Source: a plasmid. Taken from it: a stretch of 64,000 nt of DNA. The DNA lies in the sequence record CP033547.1. One strand, 5' to 3'. The notes beneath the pieces are model-generated. The model saw nothing but the letters and a program-made list of their open reading frames with translations. It was not told the origin of the DNA and ran no database searches. Below, piece after piece: positions 42,892 to 56,355 of this stretch. Numbering within the stretch: the first letter of the stretch is position 1; every line of letters starts with the position of its first letter. The position numbers were made by a program, and so were the translations under genes.

Positions 42892-43604
42892 ATTGTGCAG
42901 TGTTCGCACGCCACTTGAAACATAACTTGATTGGAAATGAATTTGGGCTGAGAAAAATTCAGTTCAAATTTAACCTGACGGGCACACTAAAAAATGGGTA
43001 ATTGTCAGATCGAGTTTGGACTACAACACTTTAGCTCATCGATTTACCAAAGTGCTAATCTTTACACTATTGTCTAAAATCCAGTGACCAAATTGTGATG
43101 CTAAAGCTTTTAAATTCCCTTTATTATGAATCAAAGTTAGTATGATGCTTTTCATAAAGACAGTTTACTTATAACCAGAGAGATTTTTAAACAATTCCCC
43201 TTTTCAGTTTGCTTAGGCTATTTGATCCAGAGTTCATCTTTTTGCATCATTTTTAACATTAAATTAAATATAACCAGCGGAGTAACATTTTTTTTTGTTA
43301 GAGCCGACAACTCTTTGAAAACTAAATTTAACGGTTCGCTCAGGAGCATCCAAATTAACTGGGTAGTTTTGTTTTTCTAAATACAGATGATCTCCTAACA
43401 TTGGCTCTATACCAGTAATAAAATTAACAATTTGTTGCTCATCACCTTTCATTCGGCATTGAAAATGTAGAAAATTCTTACGCAGTTTTCCAAATAATAA
43501 TAATATTTTAAGCGCCTTAACCATGTTCTTTTCTTTCAGTGCATCTTGCTGCCTATCATCTTTATAATGAAAATCAAGGAGAGGAATTATTTCATCTGGA
43601 CGAG

Positions 43605-44959
43605 TCAGTTTTTAGCCTTTTCGTAAAGTTCATCAAACCAACTCTCTTCTAAATTCTTACTATAAACATAATTCGTTTTTAAATTAAATTTTTGGCGATC
43701 CATCCATTTAGTGCTCATCCATTGACATCGTTGCATCCATTCTTGAGCTTGGGTATCTTCGCTTAAACGACCTTCTCTAAAACTTATCAAACGTTGAAAA
43801 GGTGTCAGAGTACTCTTCTCTATACTAAACTTCTTTTCTTGTCGGCCAGCCATCGTAACTGGCTGTGTTTGCTGATAAGAATTAAACCATTTCTGTTGCT
43901 GAGTATAACGATTTAGGTTTATGTAGTCTGTACTTGACTTCACTGGACTAAAACACTGTTCTAATACTTTTTTTGAAATGATACACGGCGAATTATAAAT
44001 TCGATCGACTGCTAATAAATCCAAAACATGAAGGTAATTTGAAGCCGTTTGCTCAATACTGCTATGCCCCATCCAAGAGGCGAGCACCTGCCATTTATGT
44101 TGAATAATCTCTTCTTGAGCACGTGCTTTCATACCAAACAATAAATCCCTCATCTTTTTGCTTTTACCCAAGGACAATCTGTGTAGGTCTTGATCATTTC
44201 TTTTGAACCGAGCAAAGTTATTGCTAGATAGTTAGCAGCACTGTGGCGTAATGTATGAAAACTAAAGCCATGATGCATACCTAATATTTGACTAAACAAA
44301 TCTACTGTAATTTTGCTGATACATTGATCAGTTAATACACGATGATTCACACTAAAAAGTTGATCATCCTGCTGATTAACCAAATATTGCTCATAACGAT
44401 GTTGTATGTAACGTTGTACTACTAAAAACTCATGTTCTGACAATGCAATTTTCAATGGTATTTGACGATTCGCACTTCGCGTTTTCAGACGGCGATATGA
44501 ATTGTCTTGGATATGAAGCGTGATATTATTAAAAACTGTATTTTTCTTTTTCTTTTATAAAAGTAGCTCTGGGCAAATAATATCTTGTATTTTAAGACAA
44601 CGAACTTCATTTAATCGAAGTCCAGTTCTATAACTTAGTAAATACATCAGCTTTAAACAACTCAGATGATCGACCCACTCTGATGCCGTTGGCTCTTGAC
44701 TTAAATTTTCTAGTTTTTCCAATAATTTGCCAAATAGCAAAGGACTCACTAGCCGTGCATTGCAAATTTGTAAATGCTTAAAACTTGAATTCTGTAACAC
44801 CAATACCCCTGGAGCATCATAATTCTCTATACAGAATTGATGAAAATCTTTTAGGCGACCAAAACGGTATTCTGCGCTTTGGTGCATCTTACGAGAGGTT
44901 TTTCCTTTCACCGAATCTCGTTGAACTGCTTTTTCATCACGTTCACTGCTGTATTTCAA
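43605..44959 (-). pseudogene. Tyrosine recombinase catalytic region split over 3 ORFs
   Basis: YRTGLRLNEVRCLKIQDI (Arg I), HTLRHSAANYL (HxxR), MGHSSIEQTASNYLHV (Tyr). Confidence 0.6.
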
Positions 44960-45057
44960 TAGCTGCCGATATAAATCCTCATAGTCATCTATGGATTGTT
45001 GCTTTAAATCTAATTTATTGAGCCAAATCTCAAATATAAATTCTTTGCCAAACGATC

Positions 45058-48000
45058 CTAAGTAGCTTTCAATAGTTGATAATTGAAGCCCTCGTTTTTT
45101 AAATGCATTAACCAGTGAATTAAGCGTAGTTGAGCATCAATTAAAGACTTTTCCTCCGTATTAGCATCAACTATCTTCTCCTCTAACACCCTTCTAGTTT
45201 CTTGCCAAAAACGTAGCGTGCGTTCTTCTTTATTCCTCTTTTTATCTAAACGCTCAACTTTTTGACCTTTACGTTTCTTTTGACCAAACAACATCAACTC
45301 ATACGGAATCGTTTGTAATTTGCTTTGAACAGTCGGAACTTCAGGAAGTAACTGCTCTTGTTCAAAATGAATAGGGCGATTATCTGGTTCTGTGACTTGA
45401 TTGTAATCATTATTCCACAGCAATCTAAATTCGGATGGCCTTAAAGCAACAGTATTAATCTCTTGCTGGAAGCACATTACTCAAAAATATATCTATGCTG
45501 AGGTTTGGATTAAATTCGAGTACCATTTGCACATCATTAAATGCACGAAATCCACGGCGTTTAATTTGATATTGCAGATCCCCAAGACTTTTTTTCCTGC
45601 CTATCTTACTCAAGCTTTCTAAAATACAATCTTCAACTGAATGTTGCAGACAAAATTCTTTCTGAGTAGCTTTCAACTTTTTAAATATTGCAAAATGAAC
45701 TGCGCATATGGGTTAAAAAAAAACATGTTTCCATTGGTACAACTTTCCCTGTTCTACATCGTTGCCATATTGAGAGTTTTCAACACGATAATGTAGTAAC
45801 AATGGATTAGTGATTTTTGTAGTCCGAATGGTATAACCGAAAACAATTCAGATCTGTACCAAGCTCAATGGCCTCCTGCAATTGCTTCTGAATAGCAATC
45901 AAATGCTGTTCATCTGCACAGCCTGAAATATATATAAAACTTAAGCATAAATTTCCCCATAAGTACTTTGGTTCATTCCAATATTCAAATGAATCTTGCC
46001 AATACTGCCTTAATTCCTTAAGTACATGGATATGTAGATGCCCCTGTTCTAACCGTGACTCTGTACTCTCAATTTTTCTAGGCAGTACGATCCGTTTAGT
46101 ATGTGGATTTAGCTTAATTCTGTATGATTTTTTATCTACATTCTGGTTGAATTGCTTCCTTCTTTTATTAAATTCATCTTCAGTAAATTGCATCAGTTTT
46201 GATTGTTCGTCTCGGCTCAACTTTTGACTCAAACAATCAACACTATCTTTAATGTCATGCCATTTTTCAGCGATCTGCTGATCAAGTTTTTGCTGCATTT
46301 CTTTCGTCAATACTTCCAGGTGGAGAAGGCTGTCTATCTAGCGACTTTTTCACCATTTTATGAATATCAACAAATAGATCATCTAGTTGTGGTTTTATTA
46401 GTTCTTTGATTTTTGCATACAACTATTTTCGCTCTAAGTGTTTAATCGATAAAGATTTGACATTATCTTGCAATTGCTGGCGGGCTTGCTGTACATAGAC
46501 ATTCGGGATAAGTGAAGAATGCGGATGAAAAGCCTCTCGGTCACGTTGGTCATGACCATACAGGGCCTGAATTAAGTGAAAAGCTAATGCTGGTTTACCC
46601 TCTTGCTGCTCATGCATCAAAAAGTTCATGTCAAAATGACGTAACCAATTCGAATACATATTCTTTGGAAAGACTCCTTGCATATATGAATTCACCCATT
46701 TTCTCGATAAAGGGATTAACTTAATTTTCCTGCTCTGCCATTCTTTGACAGTTATCGGCAAGATATCTTTACTAAAAATGACCTTACCAAAAGATCATTT
46801 ACAGTTATCTTCTTCTTTGCAAAGACTTGTCTAAAAAATGAACCGTACGCTTCAATAATTTGTTCTAAAAAGGCAGTGTAATTTTGCAGTGTTTTTATGA
46901 AAAAAATCAGATAATGGGATAAAGCGACCATCCTTTCTTGCCTTACTATTTTTCTTATCATTCACATATAAAAGCTTGAGCTCAACACAATAATCATCCA
47001 AATTCCCCAACAGGTTTTTTTTAGGCCGACTTGCCAAACTCAACAAACTGATATGCCACATCCAACACGCATATGCATTAAGTTGATTAATAATGTGCTT
47101 ATCTTCTTGGATGTTTTCGTGACAATGTCTATGTAAAATATGGAATTGCTCTTTCACAAAATTGGGTTCAAGTGCCAGTTGGCTCCCTATCCTTCCTATA
47201 GATAATGCAGATTGCACTTTGAATTGTTGTTGCAATATTTTTAGTTCAGCCGTGTCTTCAGTAAAATGTGTGGAATGTGGTGTAAGTGCTTTTTTCTAAA
47301 AAGGCTAGATATGTGCTACTGAGTTGAGTTTTCGGTAGCCCGCCATAATAGATACCAGGCATGTGATGCTGACTATCCCGCCCAGCAATTACATGAGCAA
47401 GATATTCATTATATGTTTCATAATATATATGAAAATATAATTGAGCCTGCAGTTTTTCTACAGTGATCGAACCTACAAACCGATTATCAAGCCAATTCTT
47501 AAGCTTGGTATTAATATAAGCTGAAGATATAGATGGATTATCTCCTTGCTCGATGTAGTCAAACCATGCCGCAGGTAGATGTAGTTGATGCGACATCTCT
47601 TCATTCCATCGCACATGATTAAGACGCTGTATTTTCTGCTCTGAAATTTTTAAATCTAAATTGAGTAAATATTCCCGTCGTTTTCGTGAACCTTTTTGGA
47701 TCAAAATTCCATCTTGAATAAGCTCGTTAAAATTCATCAGTGCAACGGGTGATAATCCTGTCAACAGTGATAATAAACATGCTGCAGCGATTGCAGCATC
47801 TTTCCAGTTTCCAAATAATTCGGCTCTTAGTACATATACAACTTGCTTCCAGTACGTCCGGCGCTAAATAATGAGGATTTGTAATAAATGGAGCATGCCG
47901 GCGTTGGCGATGACGCGTGTAATGCGCAACATAATCACTAATTATATGATTAAATTGTTTAGTCTTTTCATCTTCTGAATATAACTCTACTTCCAGCGTC

Positions 48001-49244
48001 TGCAAGCTCAATTTCACCATCTTCATCTTTGTGAAGAGCGGCATCATGAAAACTGATTTTTGCGTTATATCCGACATCTTCTTGCTTACCTGATTTTATT
48101 TCACGAAATATTCTGACTTCGTTTTTAGTTGGCCATTGTAAAGCTTTCCGTTCTTTTGACTTACGTTGACGAAGAACAACACTACGATCATCTAGTCGTA
48201 TAAATATGATCAATAGTGCCGATAAATATTCAATTACTTTTATTTCTTGAAAATCATTAATATTAAAAAGTTGATTACGATCCTCGTTTTTCAAGCTACG
48301 TTCGTACATGACATAACGATTTAATAGCTTACTGCATTCTTCAAATAATTCAGCATGATTAGAATGCAGCACATATCGTGATACATAACGCAAGAGATCA
48401 CAGACCTGTTTTTTCTTATTCTCACCTTTAGGAATTTTTGAAAAATCTTGGTAATGTCGATAAGTTAAAAAACTTGCTTGCAGAATCAGATAACGTTGAG
48501 ACGACAGCTCTTGAGTATTACTAGTATCAGGAGATGCAAAATAACTTAAACAAGCTAGCAAATAATAATTACCAATTTGCCTCGTACTAGATATATAGCC
48601 GTATATCTGTTGCGCCTTCTCATATAGCGCATGGGCTTTTTTCACGTAAATCATCTGATAGATCGACAAATTGTGTATTCACAACATGATTGCGTAATAA
48701 ACAATAATCTTTTTGGAATTTTTCTGCTAAATCTAAGAATTGCTCTTCTGTTTCAATCTTTGGCATATTCGCTTTCGCTTAATTTTTTATCAAATTGCAT
48801 TGGTTAAATTCATTACGATCTGAACAATTTGGTAAAAGTTGATCTTTTATTGAACTCTTTGTCAGCTTAAAAAATCTAGCAAAAAAATTTAGCATCCAGC
48901 TCTTTCTGAGCTTTTCTCTCAAAGCACAAGTGTTGCTGTGATTTTTCGATAAAATCATCAAGATTATGTATCAACTGTAAGATTGCAACATAATTAGAAT
49001 GTACACGTAAGCATGGCTCCGTTTGCATTAATAGCAATATTTTTTGCCAAATTTTCACATAGATTATTTTGAACTTTGCTTGTACTACTACTTTCTGGCT
49101 CTGTTTAATCTTTTTGATTTTCAGTAGTTCTGAGTTAATTTTTACTATCTTAAATTGAACATTTTGTCGCTCAAAGCAAAAGGGCATGATAAATTGCCCC
49201 ATAAATATCTCTATATTTTTTACTAAATAGTCAAATTTTAACAT
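45058..49244 (-). pseudogene. Co-oriented run of >=11 abutting/overlapping frameshifted ORFs of unknown function upstream of the tyrosine recombinase (one or more large genes)
   Basis: ORFs 45058..45477 through 48876..49244 all on minus strand with minimal gaps; no recognisable motifs. Confidence 0.3.
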
Positions 49245-49516
49245 TTTTATCGATATAAAAAATGAGCATATCTTTGTATATTAAAATTCATTTAATTTAT
49301 CAACTAAATTTTCTCAAAATTACAATTATCAACAAATACATATGGTTTACTTATCATGGGTGGTCTAAATTTTAAGAATTCTTCCACTTTTTTTAGTTTT
49401 CTGTTATTACATGAAATAATACTGTTGCTTTCTATTTTGAAATATTAGGTGCAAGGCATTGATCAAATGATTCTCTGCTATACTTATTTCACGTATAGCA
49501 TCAATGGAGTTTAGAA

Positions 49517-49690
49517 ATGCTCAGAACCACTGAACAGAAAAAAAAAAATATATTCAAGCGACACGTGCGCAAAACTATCAAGCCAGCCTAAAGCTTGAAG
49601 GCATTACAACGACAGCTCAAATAACTCAACAGAGTAAAGCTGAAATCTTGCAAAAATATAAGAAATATTCGCAACCCGAATCTTAGTCAG
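49517..49690 (+). pseudogene. YhfG-like antitoxin of Fic, frameshift in A11 run
   Basis: ...ATRAQNYQASLKLEGITTTAQITQQSKAEILQKYKKYSQPES resembles YhfG NFQASRRLEGV. Confidence 0.45.
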
Positions 49691-49698
49691 GTGCATGT

Positions 49699-50297
49699 AT
49701 GGATAAATATGGGGAAATGGGTGATAGCCTATATTGTTACCCTGGCACAAACACCCTAAAGAACAAACTCAATATCCGCGATGAACATATTTTAGAGCAA
49801 GCCGAACTGGAACTCTCTGGATTGGCGAGCAGCCTAATTGAATATGCTGAACCACCCTACGACTTAAAATACTTAAAATCAATTCATTCACAGCTTTTTG
49901 GCGACTTATACGACTGGGCAGGAAAGTTAAGACAAATCGATATTTCCAAAGGTGACACCCGTTTTTGTAATTTTTCCCGTATTGAAATTGAAACCAATAA
50001 ACTACTCAAACCGCTTCAAGAAAAAAAAAATACTTTCAAGGCTTAGCACCACAACAACTGATTCCTCAACTTGCCGACTTGTATTGTGAGCTTAATGTCA
50101 TACACCCATTCCGTGAAGGTAATGGACGTACACAACGGATTTTCTTTGAGCATCTGATTGCTCATTGTGGTTATGGTATTGATTGGTCTCGCATTGACTC
50201 TCAACAACAATGGATTCAAGCCAATATTGAAGGTTTTTATGGTAATTTAAATCCATTAATTAAGATTTTTGAAATATGCTTTATTCAAAATACCTAA
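49699..50297 (+). pseudogene. fic: Fic-family AMPylase toxin, frameshift in A10 run (~50024)
   Basis: Fic motif HPFREGNGRTQR at 50100-50135. Confidence 0.8.
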
Positions 50298-50598
50298 AAT
50301 TTAAGTAGTCGAAGCCCACAATCCTTAATGAGCCATCATCTTTGCTTCAATCCACTGATTAATTTCCCAAATAAACCAACAATCACGATTCTTAGAAATC
50401 TCAATACTCTTCGGGTAATTTAGGATCGTAATATTCAGATTACTTATCCAGAATTGAATAGATCGTTAACTTAGATAGACTTTTAAGCAATGTAACTTGC
50501 CGCATGTTTATCAACATATGTCTCAAAAAGTCTGCCCATACATAGATTTATGGCGTTTAGTGCTTAAATTTCAGATTAATCTTCGTCTGATGACCTGA

Positions 50599-50904
50599 AT
50601 GGATGTTACAGATTACATGCAGGTGAATTACTCTGTGGCTGTATCATGGCTTTTGTGCAATCCAATCCATTTGATCCGAATGTTCTCTTTTTGCAATAAA
50701 GCAGCCTCTTCTGCTTTTCCTGAACCAACGAACTATGTCATTGATTTGATTCAACCGACAACAGTGATGCTGAATCAAATCTCCAAAGAAGGGATTAAAT
50801 GCAAGAAATGTGGTAAGAAAAAGATAGGGGATGGAAGTTATTATCCGTCTAATTTGAACCAGCCCATGAGTCGAGATCAGTTGAGTAAGAATCATTTTAA
50901 ATGA
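50599..50904 (+). pseudogene. umuC C-terminal remnant
   Basis: ...FPEPTNYVIDLIQPTTVMLNQISKEGIKCKKCG... parallels 17262..17741 and C-terminus of 41371..42668. Confidence 0.45.
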
Positions 50905-51129
50905 ATAAGAGAAGGATGGCTTACCTCACTTCTCCGAATAACAATGCTATGCTTTTCAACCAAGGTTATAAATTGGCAACTACATTTCATTCTTCTTCAT
51001 GCTGGTCCTATAGCCTGTAGACAATTACTACATCATTTGCATTCAATGCTCAATACAGCCTGTCAGCAGAACCGCAGCGATACTCTTTTTCGTGCATACA
51101 TGTAGTGTTTAAATCCATTCATTTTTCAA

Positions 51130-51365
51130 TGATCCTCTGCCGTTTATCACATTTATGGTCGATCTTTAACCTTGTGAAAAATGCACATACCGATCCCTTC
51201 AAACTGTCAAATTTATGTATGCGTGACATTTAAAGAAAATTATCTGATCAATTTTTTAGGTAAAATTCATCAAGAAAAAGTTATTATTATTCATAACATC
51301 ACCAATAACCACATAAAAACAATAATTTAATAAATTATTCTTCCAATTTTTTATATTTAGTGTTA
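51130..51365 (+). repeat. ~235-bp direct repeat copy 1 (diverged, ~75% identical to 53740-53975) flanking hipBA
   Basis: Shared blocks TGGTCGATCTT, CTTGTGAAAA, TAAAAACAATAA, TAAATTATTCTT, TTATATTTAGTGTTAT. Confidence 0.5.
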
Positions 51366-51904
51366 TTACCTCTAAATCCATGTTTACCACCTTCTATTAC
51401 ATAAGTAATTTAGAAGTATCCACGATATAAATTGCTTGCCCTCACACCTCTCCCCTCTCACGCCCAAAAAATTTATACTGAAAGGCAGATTAAGCCCGTT
51501 CGAGTTACATATAGCCGCATGCTATATTGAAAGCATTAAGAAAATATCCTCAATATTTATAGGATTTTTTAAAGTATGAACTAATTTTCGAAGAACCCTT
51601 TCTAAGTAATGTGACCTATTAGGAAAAATGAAAATACTGAAATCTCCGTATCAACAATCAGTCAAAGTACATCCTGATGATTTTCTGTAACCGATACCCA
51701 AGGACTATACCTACCCTTCTGATGTGCTGTGCAACAAAGCCCTCCTTAGCCACACTATAGCTATAGATTAATTCCATTATTTTGTGATTTAATTAAATTA
51801 TTCATTCTTAAGACCCAATTTAATGGATTTATATTTCACTAAACCAGAAGAAGTTGTGACTCTTTTTAGGTGAGCGTTTACGTAAGCAACGACTCTTTCT
51901 GGAG

Positions 51905-52129
51905 ATGTCTCAAACTGAGGTAGCAGCACGCGCTGGTGTCGGCGTGAATACAGTTTCGAATCTTGAAGCGGGACGAAATGTATCTGTTGAAAATTTAGTC
52001 CGTATTGCAATGGTCTTGGGTCGATTAAACGAACTTCAGGAACTATTTAAACCTCAGCTTAACAGTGTGAATGACATTCTTCGCTATGAGAGTCAAAGTA
52101 AGCGCCACCGTATTAAGAGGAAGGGATAA
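51905..52129 (+). CDS. hipB: HipB antitoxin (XRE HTH); reading frame extends upstream to ~51860 without ATG
   Basis: MSQTEVAARAGVGVNTVSNLEAGRNVSVENLVRIAMVLGRLNELQELF... Confidence 0.7.
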   Translation: MSQTEVAARAGVGVNTVSNLEAGRNVSVENLVRIAMVLGRLNELQELFKPQLNSVNDILRYESQSKRHRIKRKG

Positions 52130-53397
52130 TGCTCAATAGACTTAATGTTTATTACAACGGTTGGGACGAATCATGGTTATGGGGAACGCTGATTAGTTCA
52201 ACAGCCACGACAGGTAGACCCACCATTGCTTTTGAATATAGTCCAGAAGCAATACAGCAAGGTGTTGAGCTCTCTTCTTACTTGCTGCCTTTAAAAGGTC
52301 TACCATTCAGACAAGGTTTTCCTACTCATCAAATGGGACTCCCAAGGTCCAGTCTATGACGCTTTACCAGATGGTTGGGGCATGATGTTGATGGATCGAT
52401 ATTTCAAAAAAATTGGCTTAAATTCAGCACGAATTGGACCTTTGGAGCGTCTGACCTATATTAGTAGTCACGCAATGGGTGCCCTCTCCTTTGAACCTTG
52501 TGTTGCTGACATGCAAACCTCAGAAAATATCCCTTTACAACAACTGGCCCATGGGAAGTTCAAGAAGTACTCAAAGGTGAAGGTGGTGAATTTCTACAGC
52601 ATTTATTGGTCATGGGTGGCTCCCCTCAAGGTGCCAGACCAAAAGCGTTGGTTTACCGAGATCCTGTCAATTTAGAGTTTTCGACTCAAGATTCTGATCA
52701 ACATGAAGCCTGGCTGATTAAGTTTCCTGCTCAGCAAGAGCATCCTGAAGTCTGCGCCATTGAAGCCGTCTATGCAGAATGTTTGCGACTTTGTGCAATT
52801 GAGACTCCAGATACCCATTTCTTTAATTTGCCCAATGGTTTAACGGCTTTTGCTTCTAAACGATTCGATCGTCAAAATGGTATGCGGATTCCAATGCAGA
52901 GTTTGGCTGCATATACAGGAGCAGACTATAAAGTTCCAGGTAGCCTAGACTATCGCAATTTTCTCCGGGCAACCTTGATGTGTACGCAAGATGTACGAGA
53001 AAGATTGCATGCTTTTAAACGTGCTGTGTTTAATGTGCTTTTCAATAATCGGGATGACCATACTAAGAACTTTTCATTTCTCATGGAGAAAAATGGTCAA
53101 TGGAAATTGGCTCCAGCCTATGATGTGACCTTCTGCGAGGGTCCAGGTGGTTATCATCAAATGGACATTATGGGAGAAGCGCTCAATATTTCCCGAAGTG
53201 ACATACATAAACTCGGTACTTCAGAAGCTAATCTGACTACTCTAGAAGTCGATGAGATCATCTTGACCATGCGTGAAATTGCACTTCAATTTAGTCAAAT
53301 TGCGCAGCGCCTGTATCCCCATCAAATTCGAGAATCTACCCTACAGATGATTCAATCACGGATTCAACAGAATATTGATTTTTTAACTGAAACCTAA
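52129..53397 (+). pseudogene. hipA: HipA kinase toxin in 3 frames
   Basis: ...VMGGSPQGARPKALVY..., ...NVLFNNRDDHTKNFSFLMEKNGQWKLAPAYDVTF... Confidence 0.8.
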
Positions 53398-53739
53398 GCG
53401 TAAATATAAACTAAGCGCCAACCATCAACTGCAAATAGACTTTTGATATAGTTAGTCGCTACATAATCTGTAGAACCTGTGAATTAGCTCTCTTTATAAT
53501 CACGAATATTAGATGGATCACCGCCAAGATATATTCTGCAAACGTGAAATCACTACATCCAGATCGAAAATCACTAAGAAAAAACTGTCACTTAAAAAAA
53601 GGTCTGCACTATGGATAGATGCAGACCAAACTCTGGATAACTACCAGCACGAGAAATATGTCGCAATTTTGCATAGACATGAATTTGATAAAATCAGCCC
53701 AGAAAGCCAGAAATTCATAAAAACTATTTCATCAATCCC

Positions 53740-53975
53740 CTATAACTTAATCACGTTCATGGTCGATCTTAAATCTTGTGAAAAGTACTCATGCTGACCT
53801 AGCCAAACTGTAAAACTCATGTATTTATAGCCTTTAAATGAATCTTTCAATCGGTATATTTAAGGTAAAAACTAGTAATCAGAAGTTATTATCACCCCCA
53901 TATAAAACAAGGATCAACTTAAAAACAATAACTTAGTAAATTATTCTTTCATTTTTTTTATATTTAGTGTTATCC
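53740..53975 (+). repeat. ~235-bp direct repeat copy 2; ends exactly at junction with high-GC Tn5393 tnpA remnant
   Basis: see copy 1. Confidence 0.5.
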
Positions 53976-55469
53976 GCTCCGGAGATGTCTGGCTTACTAG
54001 GTCCCGGCGCTATGGCGATCTGAAACACGCACTCGTTCCGGCACAATCCATCGCGGAAGGCGGTCGTCTCGCTGTGCCATTGCGGCCGGAGGAATGGCTG
54101 GCAGACCGGCAAGCTCGCCTCGACATGCGGTTGCGCGAGCTTGGCCGTGCCGCTCGCGCAGGCACGATCCCGGGCGGGTCGATTGAAAACGGCGTTCTGC
54201 ATATCGAGAAACTCGAAGCCGCCGCGCCGACAGGCGCCGAAGATCTGGTGCTCGATCTCTACAAGCAGATCCCGCCCACGCGCATCACCGATCTCCCTGC
54301 TGGAGGTGGATGCGGCGACCGGCTTCACCGAAGCGTTCACCCATCTGCGCACAGGAGCACCCTGCGCTGACCGGATCGGGCTAATGAACGTTATCTTGGC
54401 GGAAGGGATCAACCTCGGCTTGCGCAAAATGGCGGATGCGACAAACACCCACACCTTCTGGGAATTGATCCGCATTGGACGGTGGCATGTCGAGGGCGAA
54501 GCCTATGACCGGGCGCTGGCCATGGTGGTCGAGGCACAGGCAGCGTTACCCATGGCCCGGTTCTGGGGCATGGGCACGTCGGCTTCGAGCGACGGACAGT
54601 TCTTCGTCGCTACAGAGCAAGGTGAGGCCATGAACCTGGTCAACGCGAAATATGGCAATACCCCGGGCCTGAAAGCCTATAGCCACGTCTCCGACCAATA
54701 TGCGCCGTTCGCAACCCAGGTGATTCCTGCAACGGCAAGCGAAGCGCCTTACATCCTCGATGGCCTGCTGATGAACGATGCTGGACGCCATATCCGCGAG
54801 CAGTTCACCGACACGGGCGGCTTCACCGATCACGTCTTTGCCGCATGTGCCATTCTCGGCTACCGGTTCGCTCCGCGCATCCGCGACCTGCCATCCAAAC
54901 GGCTCTACGCGTTCAATCCGTCGGCCGCCCCGGCGCACCTGCGAGCGTTGATCGGCGGAAAGGTCAACCAAGCCATGATCGAGCGCAATTGGCCCGACAT
55001 CCTGCGCATCGCCGCCACCATTGCTGCCGGGACCGTCGCGCCAAGCCAGATTCTGCGGAAACTCGCCTCCTATCCGCGGCAGAACGAGCTCGCGACAGCC
55101 CTGCGGGAAGTCGGTCGCGTCGAGCGCACCCTGTTCATGATCGACTGGATTCTGGATGCCGAACTCCAACGGCGTGCCCAGATCGGGCTCAACAAAGGCG
55201 AAGCTCATCATGCGCTGAAGCGGGCAATCAGCTTCCACCGCCGCGGTGAAATCCGCGACCGTTCCGCCGAAGGCCAGCATTACCGCATCGCCGGCATGAA
55301 TCTGCTCGCCGCCATCATCATCTTCTGGAACACCATGAAGCTCGGCGAGGTCGTTGCAAACCAGAAACGCGATGGAAAGCTGCTATCGCCCGATCTCTTG
55401 GCCCATGTTTCGCCGCTCGGATGGGAACACATCAATCTCACCGGAGAATATCGCTGGCCAAAGCCTTAG
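53976..55469 (+). pseudogene. tnpA: 3' ~1.5 kb of a Tn3-family transposase gene (Tn5393-like tnpA), high GC
   Basis: 442-aa ORF with Tn3 TnpA C-terminus ...MIERNWPDILRIAATIAAGTVAPSQILRKLASYPRQNELATALREVGRVERTLFMIDWILD... Confidence 0.8.
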
Positions 55470-55507
55470 CGTAGGATTCCGCCCCTCCCGCAAACGACCC
55501 CATCCAG
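55470..55507. repeat. Tn3-family terminal inverted repeat (Tn5393-type: GGGGTCGTTTGCGGGAGGGGCGGAATCCTACGCTAAGG, on minus strand)
   Basis: GGGG...ACGCTAAG 38-bp IR architecture abutting tnpA 3' end. Confidence 0.7.
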
Positions 55508-56355
55508 AGTTAGCTGTAGAAATGATTATGCCAGTCAAGGCTTTTGAAGAATTCTGCGCACACCATCAAGTACAGCACCTAAGTACGGATGATTTTGCAA
55601 AGATTGAATATGACCGCATGAAGTGGCGATTTGGACAGGCCGGTATTAGAGAATAAAAACTCTAGTCTTTATTAAAAATCAGGAAGATTTATATGCAAAT
55701 TGATATTACAACATCTTCAGTTAAGCCTTTAAGAAATACTTATGCTTATATTGAAAAAGATTTGGTGATAAACCAGCTTCACGTTATCAAGAAGCGACCT
55801 ACGATATTCAGGAAGAAATTAATTTTCATTACAAACCTTTATGGCAGCCTGAATTTGATCTTTACGATAAGGGCCGTACTGTAATCCAAATGAAAGATTG
55901 GTACGTGCTTAAAGATCCTCGTCAATTTTATTATGGGGCTTATACCCAAACTCGAGCTAAACAACAAGAGATTTTAGAAAGTAATTTTACGCTTGTTGAA
56001 AAACACGATTTATTAAGAAATATTTCTGAAGAAATTCTAAACAAAGTAACGAAATTACTACTCCCACTTTATTGTAAACAAGACATTTTTATCTTTTATA
56101 TTCAATGGCTTATTTTCCTGCTAATTGGTAATACCATGAAAAATACCATGCTCAGAAAAGGCTTAACAATATTTTGAAAAATTGCCTACTGAGCGCTGCC
56201 GCACAGCTCCATAGGCCGCTTTCCTGGCTTTGCTTCCAGATGTATGCTCTTCTGCTCCTGCAGCTAATGGATCACCGCAAACAGGTTACTCGCCTGGGGA
56301 TTCCTTTTCGACCCGAGCATCCGTATGAGACTCATGCTCGATTATTATTATTATA

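Noticed and set aside
54546-55280. 244-aa and 134-aa ORFs in the high-GC region
   Set aside because: High GC inflates spurious ORFs; they overlap and lie antisense or out of frame to the Tn3-family tnpA, which has strong homology
55520-56177. Small ORFs between the Tn5393 IR and ISAba1 (MIMPVKAFEEF..., MKDWYVLKDPRQFYYGAYT...)
   Set aside because: No recognisable family; probably decayed remnants of the sul2-upstream region. Left unannotated
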